A stretch of DNA of 40,123 bases from an uncultured bacterium (GTDB taxonomy: Bacteria > Fidelibacterota > Marinisomatia > Marinisomatales > UBA1611): assembly GCA_963980675.1 (NCBI GenBank), contig CAXCBH010000001.1, forward strand, positions 1 through 40,123. Reading direction: 5' to 3'. Within the stretch, counting starts at the first letter, position 1, and the number at the start of each line of letters is the position of its first letter. Position numbers and translations under genes: made by a program. Below are positions 9,001 to 19,344 of this stretch, in pieces. Under the pieces are notes generated by a model. That model did no database searches. It saw only the letters and a program-made list of their open reading frames with translations, and had not been told where the DNA came from.

Positions 9001-10398
9001 GTGGAAATAAATTCTAATTCTAAATCCCGTCTCGATTCCTTTTTAGATAACCCTTCAAAAGCACTTTGGACCTTGGCAATTCCAATCATGTTTGGCATGG
9101 GGATTCATACACTCTATAACATTGTAGATATGATGTTCATCGGACGTTTGGGTGGTAATGCTATTGCAGGCGTTGCCTTCAATATGCCGATCTTTTTTCT
9201 AATGCTAGGGCTTACCATGGGATTGGGATCAGGTGTGACAGCTTCGATTGCCAGATACATAGGCGAAAACAATAAAAAAAATGCAGATAACAGTGCTGAA
9301 CATGCTTTGGCACTAGCAGCAGTTATTGCACTTATTTTTACTTCTGCAGGTTTATTTTTTGGGGATAAAATACTGGTTACCCTCGGTGCAGAAGGAGAAA
9401 TCCTGGCTCTAGGATGGGATTACCTTTATATCATTATAATTGGATTACCTTTTATGATTTTTTCAGGCTTCTTTCGTTCAATTCTGGCAGGGGAAGGCGA
9501 TATGAAATTTCCCATGATGGTAGCAGGCTTTGGAACTATTCTTAATATTATTCTGGATCCAATTTTTATTTTTAAATTAGAGGAGTATGGTGGCATTGGT
9601 TTTGGCATGGGTGTGAAAGGTGCAGCAATGGCTACCGTGATCTGCCAACTCATTGTATTTATAATTTTTATTTATATGCTTTTTGTGAAAAAACATGCAT
9701 ATATCACATTTAGGTTAAAATATTTTACTCCTTCAAAAGAAATATTATGGGATATAGTAAAAGTAGGGCTGCCTGCGTCAATGTCCATGATCATTATGGC
9801 TGTAGGGCAGGGTGTTTTTAATAAGATCCTAATCCATTATTCATCTCAGACAGTGGCAGCGTACCAAGTTGCAGGACGATTGGATATGCTCATTTTTCTT
9901 CCTATTTTTGCCATCGCCGGTGGGATGACCACACTAGTAGGCATGTTTTATGGTGCAAAGAAAATAGATGCCTTGAATCAAATTGTGAAATATGGAATAT
10001 CCCGTGCTTTTATGATAACACTGGTGTCATCTACCTTTGTTTATATATTTGCAGAAACTTTTTCAGGGTGGTTCACACGAGACCAGGAAATTATTGACGT
10101 GTCCGTTGGGTTTTTAAGGCTTCTATGTCTCATGTATCCCTTAGTTGCAATTGCCATTACCTCGGGCCGAGTTATGCAAGGATTAGGAAAAGGAATTCCT
10201 GTTTTGGTTATTACAACCGTTAGAGTGCTAGGTGTGAGTGCACCTCTGGCACTTTATTTTAGTTTCGTTTTGGATAAGCCAGTGGAATGGAATTGGTATG
10301 CCATGATGATATCAACTGGTATTGCATTCATTATTGCTGTGAGTTGGGTTAAAATAGAATTGAAAAAATTAAATCAAAACTTTGATGTATCAGTATGA
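9001..10398 (+). CDS. MATE family efflux transporter
   Basis: 465-aa ORF with about 12 TM segments and a GTG start. The next ATG would truncate TM1. The N-terminal LWTLAIPIMFGMGIHTLYNIVDMMFIGRLG is typical of MATE proteins. Confidence 0.9.
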   Translation: MEINSNSKSRLDSFLDNPSKALWTLAIPIMFGMGIHTLYNIVDMMFIGRLGGNAIAGVAFNMPIFFLMLGLTMGLGSGVTASIARYIGENNKKNADNSAEHALALAAVIALIFTSAGLFFGDKILVTLGAEGEILALGWDYLYIIIIGLPFMIFSGFFRSILAGEGDMKFPMMVAGFGTILNIILDPIFIFKLEEYGGIGFGMGVKGAAMATVICQLIVFIIFIYMLFVKKHAYITFRLKYFTPSKEILWDIVKVGLPASMSMIIMAVGQGVFNKILIHYSSQTVAAYQVAGRLDMLIFLPIFAIAGGMTTLVGMFYGAKKIDALNQIVKYGISRAFMITLVSSTFVYIFAETFSGWFTRDQEIIDVSVGFLRLLCLMYPLVAIAITSGRVMQGLGKGIPVLVITTVRVLGVSAPLALYFSFVLDKPVEWNWYAMMISTGIAFIIAVSWVKIELKKLNQNFDVSV

Positions 10399-10673
10399 GT
10401 TGTTTATCTATCTCAGACATTCAATATGCAATTTCGGATTTAAATGGCTGGGAATTCAAAAATAATGCCATCCATAAAATATTCACTTTTGAATCATACT
10501 TAAATAGCATCGCTTTCATTAATCGATTAGCTGAAATATCAGAAGAAAACAACCATCATCCAGATATGGTAGTGGGTTGGTGTAAGATAGATGTTGCATT
10601 TACATCACATGATCAAGGTGGTGTTACAACTGGATGTATAGACATGGCAAAAAAGGCAGAATCAGTTTTATAA
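10395..10673 (+). CDS. 4a-hydroxytetrahydrobiopterin (pterin-4-alpha-carbinolamine) dehydratase
   Basis: 92 aa. Its ATG overlaps the MATE stop. EENNHHPDMVVGWCKIDVAFTSHD carries the PCD/DCoH signature. Confidence 0.85.
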   Translation: MSCLSISDIQYAISDLNGWEFKNNAIHKIFTFESYLNSIAFINRLAEISEENNHHPDMVVGWCKIDVAFTSHDQGGVTTGCIDMAKKAESVL

Positions 10674-10771
10674 CTCTTCTTTAATATCTTCTTTATTACA
10701 CGAGAGATGATTAATCAATACAAATAATGTTGATCTTATGAGTGGGACTTACAAGGGGTCATAAAATTAGA

Positions 10772-11341
10772 TTAAGAAATCTTTCGAATTCCTGTAAACA
10801 ACCCTGCACAAATAGCAGATTTAACCACATCTCCAACTAAAAATGGGTAGAATCCCATGATTAGTGCTTCATTGAATCCTACACTAAATGCAGCCAAATA
10901 AAGAGTTCCCAACACTAAAATCAATGTTGTAGCTGCAAAACAGGAAAAGAAACTCGAGGTTGGTTTCACCGTCCATCCTTTTTCAGCAAGATAGCCAATC
11001 AAGAAAGCGGCAAAAACAAATCCCCAAAGATAGCCTGCCGTTGGTCCAACCAATACGTGGGCGCCTGCTTTCATTTGGGCGAAAACGGGGAGCCCGATAG
11101 CACCTTCCATAAGATAAGTCAACACAGCCATTGCTCCACGGCGAGCGCCTAGTAATCCTCCCACAAGAATAACACCAATGGTTTGGCCAGTAATGGGGAT
11201 AGGAGTAAATGGAAGAGGAATCGAAATCTGTGCTAAAACTGCGATGAGAAATGATCCTAAAATTATCGTAAAGATGTTTGCGGTATTATCATCAATAGAG
11301 AGGATACCAGTTTGATCGAATATAATTGTTTTTGTTTTCAT
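10772..11341 (-). CDS. bioY: Biotin transporter BioY (ECF S-component-like)
   Basis: 189-aa polytopic ORF. ISIPLPFTPIPITGQTIGVILVGGLLG is characteristic of BioY. Confidence 0.85.
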   Translation of the reverse strand: MKTKTIIFDQTGILSIDDNTANIFTIILGSFLIAVLAQISIPLPFTPIPITGQTIGVILVGGLLGARRGAMAVLTYLMEGAIGLPVFAQMKAGAHVLVGPTAGYLWGFVFAAFLIGYLAEKGWTVKPTSSFFSCFAATTLILVLGTLYLAAFSVGFNEALIMGFYPFLVGDVVKSAICAGLFTGIRKIS

Positions 11342-11361
11342 AGGTGTAATTTATTGAATTT

Positions 11362-12120
11362 TTAGGTGATTGGCTTCCCAAACATTTTTTTGATTAGCCA
11401 ATTATAAAATCTTTCCGGTGTGAGTTGAACGATCAAAACTAATATACGGTAAGGCCAGGGATAAATGTAGGTGGAGTATCCAAAATCGATTACCTTTAAA
11501 AATTGTTCTGCAGCATCTTCAGCAGATTTCATAGGAAAGCGCCGGGCTGAACCTTTTACGATAGGTGTATCCACAAATCCCGGGCAAATGGATACGGTTT
11601 TAATCATGTATTTCTGGAGTGTGGGTCGCCAGGAATCAAAGATCATTCGAATGGCAATTTTGGAAGAAGAATAGCCACCGTGAAAGGGTAAAGGCATAAA
11701 ACTGGCCACAGAACTAATACAAACTAATGCGCCGCTGTTTTGGGCTTTCATGGCTGGGATAAAGGGAATAAGGGTATTGGTTACTCCCAAGATATTTGTA
11801 CTTAATATGGTATTGATCTGGTTACTGTCACCGGAGAAAAGTCCGTCATCCCCACCAATACCTGCGTTTGCAATGGCAATATCGATCCTCCCTGCATCTG
11901 CCATGAATTGGTCCGCAACAGACTTACATTTTTCTGCATCCTGTACATCTAATCGATAGACAAAGGAGGTTCCACCTAGTTTTTCACATATCTGGGCAAC
12001 ATCTTGGAGAATTTCTTCTCGACGAGCGGTAAGTCCAACAGAATAGCCGCGTTTTGCATAGGCCAGGGCCAATGCTTTACCGATCCCGGAGGATGCGCCT
12101 GTGATGAATACTTTTTTCAT
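11362..12120 (-). CDS. Short-chain dehydrogenase/reductase (SDR)
   Basis: 252 aa with the cofactor motif TGASSGIGKALA, then NAGIG and the YSSSK catalytic motif. Confidence 0.9.
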   Translation of the reverse strand: MKKVFITGASSGIGKALALAYAKRGYSVGLTARREEILQDVAQICEKLGGTSFVYRLDVQDAEKCKSVADQFMADAGRIDIAIANAGIGGDDGLFSGDSNQINTILSTNILGVTNTLIPFIPAMKAQNSGALVCISSVASFMPLPFHGGYSSSKIAIRMIFDSWRPTLQKYMIKTVSICPGFVDTPIVKGSARRFPMKSAEDAAEQFLKVIDFGYSTYIYPWPYRILVLIVQLTPERFYNWLIKKMFGKPIT

Positions 12121-12137
12121 TTATTTTTAAAATTTTC

Positions 12138-13037
12138 CTACAATGGGAAAATCATTCCTTCTCTTGCCACATTAAAACGATTTGAACGAATCAAATTGGA
12201 AGCAGTGCCGATCTTTATAGCTGGATTGGAATGATTAAAATGGATGAAGTGAACTTTATTCCGATTGGTAGTATTCAGGGGATAAAGTGTCTCCATGGAT
12301 TCCACGATGAAAGGATGGGGAATTTCACTCATATCCCGATTGGGTAGTTCACCTTGTGAGTAAAACGTACCATCCAAAAGTGCAATATCTATGTGTTGGA
12401 TTACTTGAAAAATATCCTGATCCCATTTTTTCCATTTATCAATATCCGGAATAAATAAAACTGATTTATTTACGCCTATGATTTTATAGCCCACGGTTTC
12501 TGAATATTCATCCCGGTGGGGAACCAAAAATGGTTCAATGAATAACCTATCTGCCAATTTGATCTCTTTATCATTTTTCATAAGTTGAATCTTGATATTG
12601 TTTAGGGAAACCAATTGATCCCAAGGGCTATTTGACTCCAAGAATTTTTTCATTTTCGGCATGGCAAAAACAGGAATATCTTTTGCGCCCATCACTTCCC
12701 GTCCCAAATTTAGCAATCCTGTATAATGTCCCATATGGGCATGAGTTAGAAAAATCCCTGCCAATTCGGTATGATTTTCTTTGGTGATAATTCGATATTG
12801 TTCCGAGAAATCTGGTGTGGCATCAATCATCCAGCTTTTTCCGGATTTTGGGTCTACAATACCGATGCAGGAAACTTTTTCTTTTTCATTACTATTCCAA
12901 AAATCTTTGCAGCAAGGTTTTTCACATCCACTTTGGGGCGAACCACCATCCTGAGCGATACCTAGAACAACAATGTATGGGGAATCAATGGAAAAGGTAA
13001 AACCGGTAAATAATATGAAAAGTAAAAAAAATATCAT
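12138..13037 (-). CDS. Secreted MBL-fold metallo-hydrolase (PqqB-like)
   Basis: LTHAHMGHYTGL is a metallo-beta-lactamase-fold His motif. I prefer the internal ATG at 13037 (MIFFLLFILFTGFTFS, signal-like) because the track start at 13130 overlaps the upstream gene by 92 nt. Confidence 0.75.
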   Translation of the reverse strand: MIFFLLFILFTGFTFSIDSPYIVVLGIAQDGGSPQSGCEKPCCKDFWNSNEKEKVSCIGIVDPKSGKSWMIDATPDFSEQYRIITKENHTELAGIFLTHAHMGHYTGLLNLGREVMGAKDIPVFAMPKMKKFLESNSPWDQLVSLNNIKIQLMKNDKEIKLADRLFIEPFLVPHRDEYSETVGYKIIGVNKSVLFIPDIDKWKKWDQDIFQVIQHIDIALLDGTFYSQGELPNRDMSEIPHPFIVESMETLYPLNTTNRNKVHFIHFNHSNPAIKIGTASNLIRSNRFNVAREGMIFPL

Positions 13038-13038
13038 T

Positions 13039-14151
13039 CTACAATTTGATTTGAATCTTTTTACGATACATCCAATAGAGCACAAGCCAAAAGCCCAAAA
13101 CGTGGCTGAGGGCAAAAAGGAGAGATCCATTCAAGTCTCCGGCGAAAGGAACAAAAATTGTTTTGTATAAATAATTATAAGCACTGACCATTTCTCCATT
13201 AAGGTCTCTTTTAATATAAAGAATTGTTTTTGCCCACAAGCCAGATGCCACAAATAGAAAAATAGAATTAGTGCCAAACACTTCAAAAATCCAAAATGGT
13301 TTTTTCCACAATTTGATATCAATGAGCCAGGTAAGTCCAGCTAACACCAAGGCAGCAATACCACCTGTAAATAAAACATAAGAACTGGTCCATATTGCTT
13401 TATTGATGGGAAATATAAGACCCCAAACCCATCCGACAACAATGAGCCCAAAACCGAAGATGGCCATGCGTTTTGCACAATCATTATAATTTTTTGTAGT
13501 GTGTAGCATCCCACCCATTAAGTAGCCAATCAGGACTGTCCCTACCGATGGTATTGCGCTTAATAATCCTTCCGGGTCAAAAGGTATTCCAAATCCGCCG
13601 TAAAGATGTTTTTCACCAAAAAGAAATATATCCACTTTCCGAACCAAATTTTCTTCAAGCCCGTAGGGGTTGCCAGTTCCGCCCAGCCAGAGCAATGCCC
13701 AATAAAAAACAAGAATGCCTGAAATGATGGGTAAAAGTTGTTTGAAGTCATAGCGAATGATTAACAGAGCACTGATGCCATAGGCGATGGCGATCCGTTG
13801 TAGAACACCAAAGTAACGAAAAGATGACCAGTCCCAATCCTGTTTAATGAAAGGGTAGGCATGAATGAGCCAACCAGCCATAAAGATAGAAACTGTTCGC
13901 CAGAAAATGTGTTTATAAAATTTAGGTGATGGATAATAATGCCATTTCACAAATGCAAATCGCATGGATGCACCCACAAGAAAAAGAAAAAATGGGAATA
14001 CCAGATCTGTCAACGTACAACCATGCCATTTGGCATGAAGCAGTGGAGCATATACGTGTCCCCAATTTCCAGGATTATTTACGAGAATCATAAGAGCGAT
14101 GGTCATGCCCCGAAAAATATCGATGGAATATATTCGTCTTGGTTCTGACAT
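13039..14151 (-). CDS. Membrane acyltransferase, heparan-alpha-glucosaminide N-acetyltransferase-like (DUF5009/DUF1624)
   Basis: 370-aa polytopic ORF. The N-terminal RIYSIDIFRGMTIALMILVNNPG matches the HGSNAT-like family pattern as recalled. Confidence 0.75.
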   Translation of the reverse strand: MSEPRRIYSIDIFRGMTIALMILVNNPGNWGHVYAPLLHAKWHGCTLTDLVFPFFLFLVGASMRFAFVKWHYYPSPKFYKHIFWRTVSIFMAGWLIHAYPFIKQDWDWSSFRYFGVLQRIAIAYGISALLIIRYDFKQLLPIISGILVFYWALLWLGGTGNPYGLEENLVRKVDIFLFGEKHLYGGFGIPFDPEGLLSAIPSVGTVLIGYLMGGMLHTTKNYNDCAKRMAIFGFGLIVVGWVWGLIFPINKAIWTSSYVLFTGGIAALVLAGLTWLIDIKLWKKPFWIFEVFGTNSIFLFVASGLWAKTILYIKRDLNGEMVSAYNYLYKTIFVPFAGDLNGSLLFALSHVLGFWLVLYWMYRKKIQIKL

Positions 14152-14226
14152 TTTTATACTAACACAATATTATTTAATCACAAAGTTCACTAACAATTTC
14201 ACGTTTAACAACTGTGATTTGTGTGT

Positions 14227-16059
14227 TTAGCTTAGTTTTGATAAACTTCTGTTCCATACTAGGTAAGATCCAATCCCTGCACAGCCAAATAAAATTACAG
14301 ATAGACTATAATTTTGGAAAATTAAATTCCCGATCCCAAATGTGAAGCCATAAATCATAAAGATTCCGGCGATCCATTGCATAAAAAACCCATCACTCAC
14401 AGGCTGAAGTGTATGGGTGTAACCAGTAGTGATTGGCTCCCACCATCCGCCGGGTTGAACACGATTATAAAATTCTTTTAGCTTATCAACAGGTTCAGGG
14501 TCTGTTAAAAATGTAGCAGTTAACCAAGCAATAATTGCCAATGGTACAATAATCATTAGTTTATGATGAACCTGTAATGAAATGCCAAAAAGGATGGGCG
14601 ATGCAGCAAATAATTCATACGTATCTCCTGCTGAAATTGTTTGATTCCAGGCTAAAACTTCTAAAGAAATGGTGACCAAGATTGACGTAGCAAGTGCCGT
14701 TATCTCACTCCAGGCGTTTATACGCCACCAAAACCAGCGGAGTATGAGCACCAGCCCAATCCCTGCGCCCATTGAAAAAATGAATTCCCATGCCTTGGAA
14801 ATACTTTGCATTTTCAATGCGGTGAATGCAGCAAGTACCATCAGAATAATGGTAAATATTTTTCCCACAAATACATAATGTACTTCTGTTTCATTCGGTT
14901 TAAAAAACCGTTTATAAATATCATTAATCATGTAGGAAGAGCCCCAATTGAGATGGGTATCAATGGTGGACATGAATGCGGCTAGGAAGGAAACAATAAG
15001 TATACCCTTCATCCCCGGTCCAAGGAGTGTATTCATGACCAATGGATAGCCCGCCTTCACACCCAATTCAGAATAGGATTCCGGGATCATGGGAAACATT
15101 ACAATAGATACAACGGCCACGATGATCCAAGGCCAAACACGGAGTGCATAATGAGCTAAATTAAACCATAATGTTGCCAGGAGTGCGTGCCGTTCATTTT
15201 TCGCTGATGACATGCGTTGGATGATGTATCCACCGCCGTCCGTTCCATGATGGCTCCACCACATAACACTAATAAAGATCATAAATTTTGAAAATGGCGA
15301 TTCCCAAAATGCGGATGTTGTTATGTTGGCATCCGGCACGGGCGGTATAAATTTTAATGTATTTTCATGAATCGCATCAGACCCAAGAAGTCCGGACAAT
15401 TTCTCAAGGAGCGTTTCCATCCCACCCACATGATTCACCGCAATGATTGCCAAAGCGATAGAACCGAACATGGCAATACAGAATTGAACCAGATCTGTAA
15501 CAACCACACCCCAGAACCCTGATAGAATTGCATAAATAAGGGCAATAATTACACAAACCCAAACAGCAGTCCATTTATCCATATTCAGCATGACAGCCAT
15601 CACCGAAGCCATGGCATTGATAACCCAACCCATAACAATAAAATTATAAAGTATGGCAAAATATCCTGCTTTGAAGGCTCTCAAAAAAGCTGCGGGCTTT
15701 CCACTATATCTAATTTCTAATAATTCATTATCTGTTAAAACCTCGGCTCGGCGCCATAACCGTGAAAATAGAAAAACGCCTAAAAGGGACCCCATAAGCA
15801 AGTTCCACCAGAACCAATTTTGCCAGATTCCCGGCCCGCGGACAAATTCTGTAATAGCTAAGGGTGTATCTGCAGCAAAAGTTGTAGCAACCATTGATGT
15901 GCCAACAATCCACCATGGGAGGGTCCGCCCTGATAGAAAATATTCTTCTGTGCTAGATTTTGCTCGTTTCGAAAAATAGATTCCTACGCCCAATGAAAAA
16001 GCGATATAAGCCAGAATTATTGTCCAATCGAGCCAATGAAGAGAAAGTGTTTCAGTCAT
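14227..16059 (-). CDS. Sodium:solute symporter (SSS/SSF) family transporter
   Basis: 610-aa ORF with about 13-14 TM segments and an SSF-like N-terminal region (EEYFLSGRTLPWWIVGTSMVATTFAADTPL). Confidence 0.9.
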   Translation of the reverse strand: MTETLSLHWLDWTIILAYIAFSLGVGIYFSKRAKSSTEEYFLSGRTLPWWIVGTSMVATTFAADTPLAITEFVRGPGIWQNWFWWNLLMGSLLGVFLFSRLWRRAEVLTDNELLEIRYSGKPAAFLRAFKAGYFAILYNFIVMGWVINAMASVMAVMLNMDKWTAVWVCVIIALIYAILSGFWGVVVTDLVQFCIAMFGSIALAIIAVNHVGGMETLLEKLSGLLGSDAIHENTLKFIPPVPDANITTSAFWESPFSKFMIFISVMWWSHHGTDGGGYIIQRMSSAKNERHALLATLWFNLAHYALRVWPWIIVAVVSIVMFPMIPESYSELGVKAGYPLVMNTLLGPGMKGILIVSFLAAFMSTIDTHLNWGSSYMINDIYKRFFKPNETEVHYVFVGKIFTIILMVLAAFTALKMQSISKAWEFIFSMGAGIGLVLILRWFWWRINAWSEITALATSILVTISLEVLAWNQTISAGDTYELFAASPILFGISLQVHHKLMIIVPLAIIAWLTATFLTDPEPVDKLKEFYNRVQPGGWWEPITTGYTHTLQPVSDGFFMQWIAGIFMIYGFTFGIGNLIFQNYSLSVILFGCAGIGSYLVWNRSLSKLS

Positions 16060-17266
16060 AGATTATTTTTAATTCAGTTGATTGAAAATAATGAGAAAGT
16101 ATGTTTTCAAAAGAAAAGCCATTTAATGCCATTCCTAATGCACCAATTTGACATAGGCCTACGCCATGTCCCCAACCAGCTCCTCTTAATTTAATCTGAG
16201 ATGGTTGAGAATTGAGGTCGGAATTTGTTTCAATAATAAAGGCGGAACTATATAAAAAATCAGGATGCAGAACGCGACGAATCTCATATTCGCTTTTCAG
16301 GATAATATTTGCAGACTCACCTTTGGAAATGCCATCAATTCGGAGTTGGGTTATTCGTCCCGATATACCACGATTTAGGGGTTGAAGTAATATAATTGAA
16401 TCAAACGTCTGTTTAGTTTTTTCAGAAATTAGTTGGGTTAACTCTTCTTGTGAAAATGAAACATCCCATCGAAAATAGCTTCCGGATTTATCCACGTGTC
16501 CCAAATATTTTTTAAGATCATTTTCTGGTACGTATTCCGGCCCACAATAAGAATTTTGTAGTTCAGTTAACCACACTTTTAAATCTGATTCAGACTTGAT
16601 ATTTGGGAGGGCTGAATTATTCCCATCATGAATTGCGCGTAGATAGGGCTTTGACTCACCATCCCAAACATTTTCATTATTTTCTGAAATTCCGCCACAA
16701 GATTTGGCATATCGTGTATCACAAATTTTTTCATCGTGAATCAACACCATGCCCCACGTTTTTTCTGCAGCGGAAATCGCTGCATCTGTCAAATTTTCAA
16801 TTCCCTGGTATCTCTGACAACAATCATCGTTACAGGAATCTATTCCCAAGTCGGCATGTTTTTGCTCTATAGCTGCCAAAAGCCAAGAACGAGCAGCGAC
16901 AGTTTGAGATTCTAAAAGGGCCTGTGGACATTCACCACTCATTTCTGATGTGGCTACACAAATTATGTATTTTTCCAGTGGAATGTGATTGATGACAAAA
17001 AGGCATTCATCCACAATTTTAATTTCCAACTCACCTTCAACAGTAATGGAAATGTTTTTTTCCCAGTGGAATCCACGGCCAGCTCTTATAGATGAAAGTT
17101 TATAGGTTGAAGTTGGGAAATAATTGGGTTCTTCCGATAGGTTAATATTAAAAGATCGATTGTTCTCAACATCCATAATTACCAATTTTTGAACACGATC
17201 TTCTGGCAAAACGAGTCCAATAGAAACAACAGGCTCATGGGATGGAATTTGTCCTTTTACGAGCAT
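16052..17266 (-). CDS. SpoIID/LytB domain protein (peptidoglycan-active)
   Basis: 404 aa. The C-terminal GAGWGHGVGLCQIGALGMA is the hallmark SpoIID/LytB motif. The gene overlaps both neighbours by 8-10 nt. Confidence 0.8.
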   Translation of the reverse strand: MLVKGQIPSHEPVVSIGLVLPEDRVQKLVIMDVENNRSFNINLSEEPNYFPTSTYKLSSIRAGRGFHWEKNISITVEGELEIKIVDECLFVINHIPLEKYIICVATSEMSGECPQALLESQTVAARSWLLAAIEQKHADLGIDSCNDDCCQRYQGIENLTDAAISAAEKTWGMVLIHDEKICDTRYAKSCGGISENNENVWDGESKPYLRAIHDGNNSALPNIKSESDLKVWLTELQNSYCGPEYVPENDLKKYLGHVDKSGSYFRWDVSFSQEELTQLISEKTKQTFDSIILLQPLNRGISGRITQLRIDGISKGESANIILKSEYEIRRVLHPDFLYSSAFIIETNSDLNSQPSQIKLRGAGWGHGVGLCQIGALGMALNGFSFENILSHYFQSTELKIIYD

Positions 17267-18192
17267 ATTCTTTTCCAGGCGGCGCCCAAAGCAGCTGTCC
17301 GGCGATCAGTAGAATAGTCAAAGGAAATATCCGTATTAGATTCAAGCAACGATATCAATTTAGAATTAGCCATAAATATTCCTAATCGTTGACCGATGAC
17401 AATTTTTTCAATTTTAGCATGATTAGCTTTAAAAAACTGGGTTCGATTTTGAATTAAAAATGAAAATGCTTCCGTAGCTTTTTTAAAAATAGTGTTAGCA
17501 ATTTGGTTTTGAGAAAGTTGATCTAAAGTTTCAACTTTTTCTCTTTGAGATATATTCCATTGGTGGATCATCCATTTTGGAGAAAGACAGGATTCAATAG
17601 TCTCGCCCGATGGTATTTTTAATTCCCAAGATCGTTTAACATCATCTCTTGCATTGAAATCAATCATTTTACCCATCAAGATAATCCCGTCAGCAATACC
17701 CGTTCCACCGCCAATATATACTGCATTATCACAGTTTTGCAATTTACCAATGGTGGACTTCCATTCTCCCAAAACACAGCAATCTGAGTCATGTGGCATT
17801 GAATCAATTCCTTGGATTCTCTCTAGAAAATCAGGAATTCTAGGTCCATTTGCCATGATCACTACACCGCGCTCATTTTTGATTCCTGGAAAACAGAGTC
17901 CAATAGAATCTGACTCACATTTAGAAATAATATTTTGGATTGTTTCTACAATAACATTGCCTTGATCTATCTCTGGTTGTGTCAGGTAAATATTCCCTTC
18001 TGAAAATTCCTGCCGCTGAAGATCTAAATGTACTGGAATAAATTTAGAATTCCACTTGGGTGAATCTGAATAATTTACTTCAAGTTGAAATTCACCTGGG
18101 GAAACCAAGCCCGTTATAGAATTATATGTAACAGATTGGGCCATGACCTTTGTTCCACCACAATCAATTCCAAGGATATAGGAATCAGCCAT
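17257..18192 (-). CDS. BadF/BadG/BcrA/BcrD-type ATPase, N-acetylglucosamine (or MurNAc) kinase-like
   Basis: 311 aa with an N-terminal LGIDCGGTK phosphate-binding motif and a later YIGGGTGIADG motif. Confidence 0.75.
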   Translation of the reverse strand: MADSYILGIDCGGTKVMAQSVTYNSITGLVSPGEFQLEVNYSDSPKWNSKFIPVHLDLQRQEFSEGNIYLTQPEIDQGNVIVETIQNIISKCESDSIGLCFPGIKNERGVVIMANGPRIPDFLERIQGIDSMPHDSDCCVLGEWKSTIGKLQNCDNAVYIGGGTGIADGIILMGKMIDFNARDDVKRSWELKIPSGETIESCLSPKWMIHQWNISQREKVETLDQLSQNQIANTIFKKATEAFSFLIQNRTQFFKANHAKIEKIVIGQRLGIFMANSKLISLLESNTDISFDYSTDRRTAALGAAWKRICS

Positions 18193-19231
18193 GAATATTA
18201 TATTTCTTTTTTAAAGACTCGATTCGATCAATGGATTGTCGAATTCTATCTTCTGTAATTTTCCCAGATTTCACTAACTGACACATGGATGAAACGGATT
18301 TTGGGATAAAGTCCGGGTCGTAATTCAAATTATTTCCAAGGCAAAAAAGATCAATACCAGCATTAAGCATCAATTCAAAAGATTCAGTTAAATCATAATG
18401 ATCTGAAATGGCATTCATACTTGGGTCATCACATATTACCACTCCGTTAAATCCTAGATCATTACGAAGCATATCTGTAATAATTATATGTGATAAGGAT
18501 GCTGGATATTTAGGGTCCATTTTTCTGTCAAATGTGTGAGAAACCATAACCATATCCAAGTCACCATATTTAATTAACTCGTCGAAAGGAAGAAGATCTT
18601 TCACCGTCCAGGTATCAGAAATATCAGTGGAACCCTTGTGCGTATCACCAAAGGCCGATCCTTGCCCGGGAAAATGTTTACCGCAAGAAATAACATTATT
18701 CTCTTTCAAAGACTGAATAAAAATTCTGCTATGGTGGATCACAGCATTTGGAAGATGAGAATTGGCTCTTTCCGCTTTCCCAATAACTGTTTCTGCACCA
18801 TAGTGTAAGTCGAGTACAGGCGCAAAATTGACATTGATCCCGCAGTCATTTAGTGTGGATGCGATTGTTTGTGAGAATTGTAGGGTCATAAGATCATTAT
18901 CGAGTAATCCCATATGATTCCATGATGGTGTTTCTGGAAATCCGTAATTGGATTTTAATCTGTTAGTTCCGCCACCTTCCTGGTCGATAGAAATCAATAG
19001 GCCATCTTTGGAAAAAGACTGGAGTTGATCCGAAAGGTCTTTTAATTGATCGGGGGATTGAATATTACGTGAGCCAAGACCACCGATTTTAACATCTTCA
19101 TCATATAGGATTACGCCTGCAAGATTATAATCTTTTATAAAATTGGCAATAGGAGAATCAGGAGGTGCATTTGATCCGCGGAATCCTGCAATAATTAGTT
19201 GTCCAATGAGTCGTTCAAGAGTATGATTCAT
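18185..19231 (-). CDS. nagZ: Beta-N-acetylhexosaminidase, GH3 (NagZ-like)
   Basis: 348 aa. Contains SIDQEGG, KHFPGQGSAFGDTH and VICDDPSMNAI, a GH3 NagZ-type catalytic domain without a signal peptide. Confidence 0.85.
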   Translation of the reverse strand: MNHTLERLIGQLIIAGFRGSNAPPDSPIANFIKDYNLAGVILYDEDVKIGGLGSRNIQSPDQLKDLSDQLQSFSKDGLLISIDQEGGGTNRLKSNYGFPETPSWNHMGLLDNDLMTLQFSQTIASTLNDCGINVNFAPVLDLHYGAETVIGKAERANSHLPNAVIHHSRIFIQSLKENNVISCGKHFPGQGSAFGDTHKGSTDISDTWTVKDLLPFDELIKYGDLDMVMVSHTFDRKMDPKYPASLSHIIITDMLRNDLGFNGVVICDDPSMNAISDHYDLTESFELMLNAGIDLFCLGNNLNYDPDFIPKSVSSMCQLVKSGKITEDRIRQSIDRIESLKKKYNIHG

Positions 19232-19344
19232 CTCATAAAAATAAAATAAATAATTTGATTCATGAATAACTAAATCAAGTTATCCTGAAAAAATAAAAGA
19301 ACTATGGGATAGAAAGAAATCTAATTTGTAAAATTAGGGTCTCT

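Noticed and set aside
10674-10771. Expected bidirectional terminator between the convergent PCD and BioY genes
   Set aside because: I could find no stable inverted repeat with a T-run in the 98-nt spacer.
13038-13130. Track start at 13130 for the MBL-fold gene
   Set aside because: It gives a 92-nt overlap with the upstream acetyltransferase gene. The internal ATG at 13037 yields a signal-peptide-like N-terminus and a compact junction. The longer form cannot be fully excluded.
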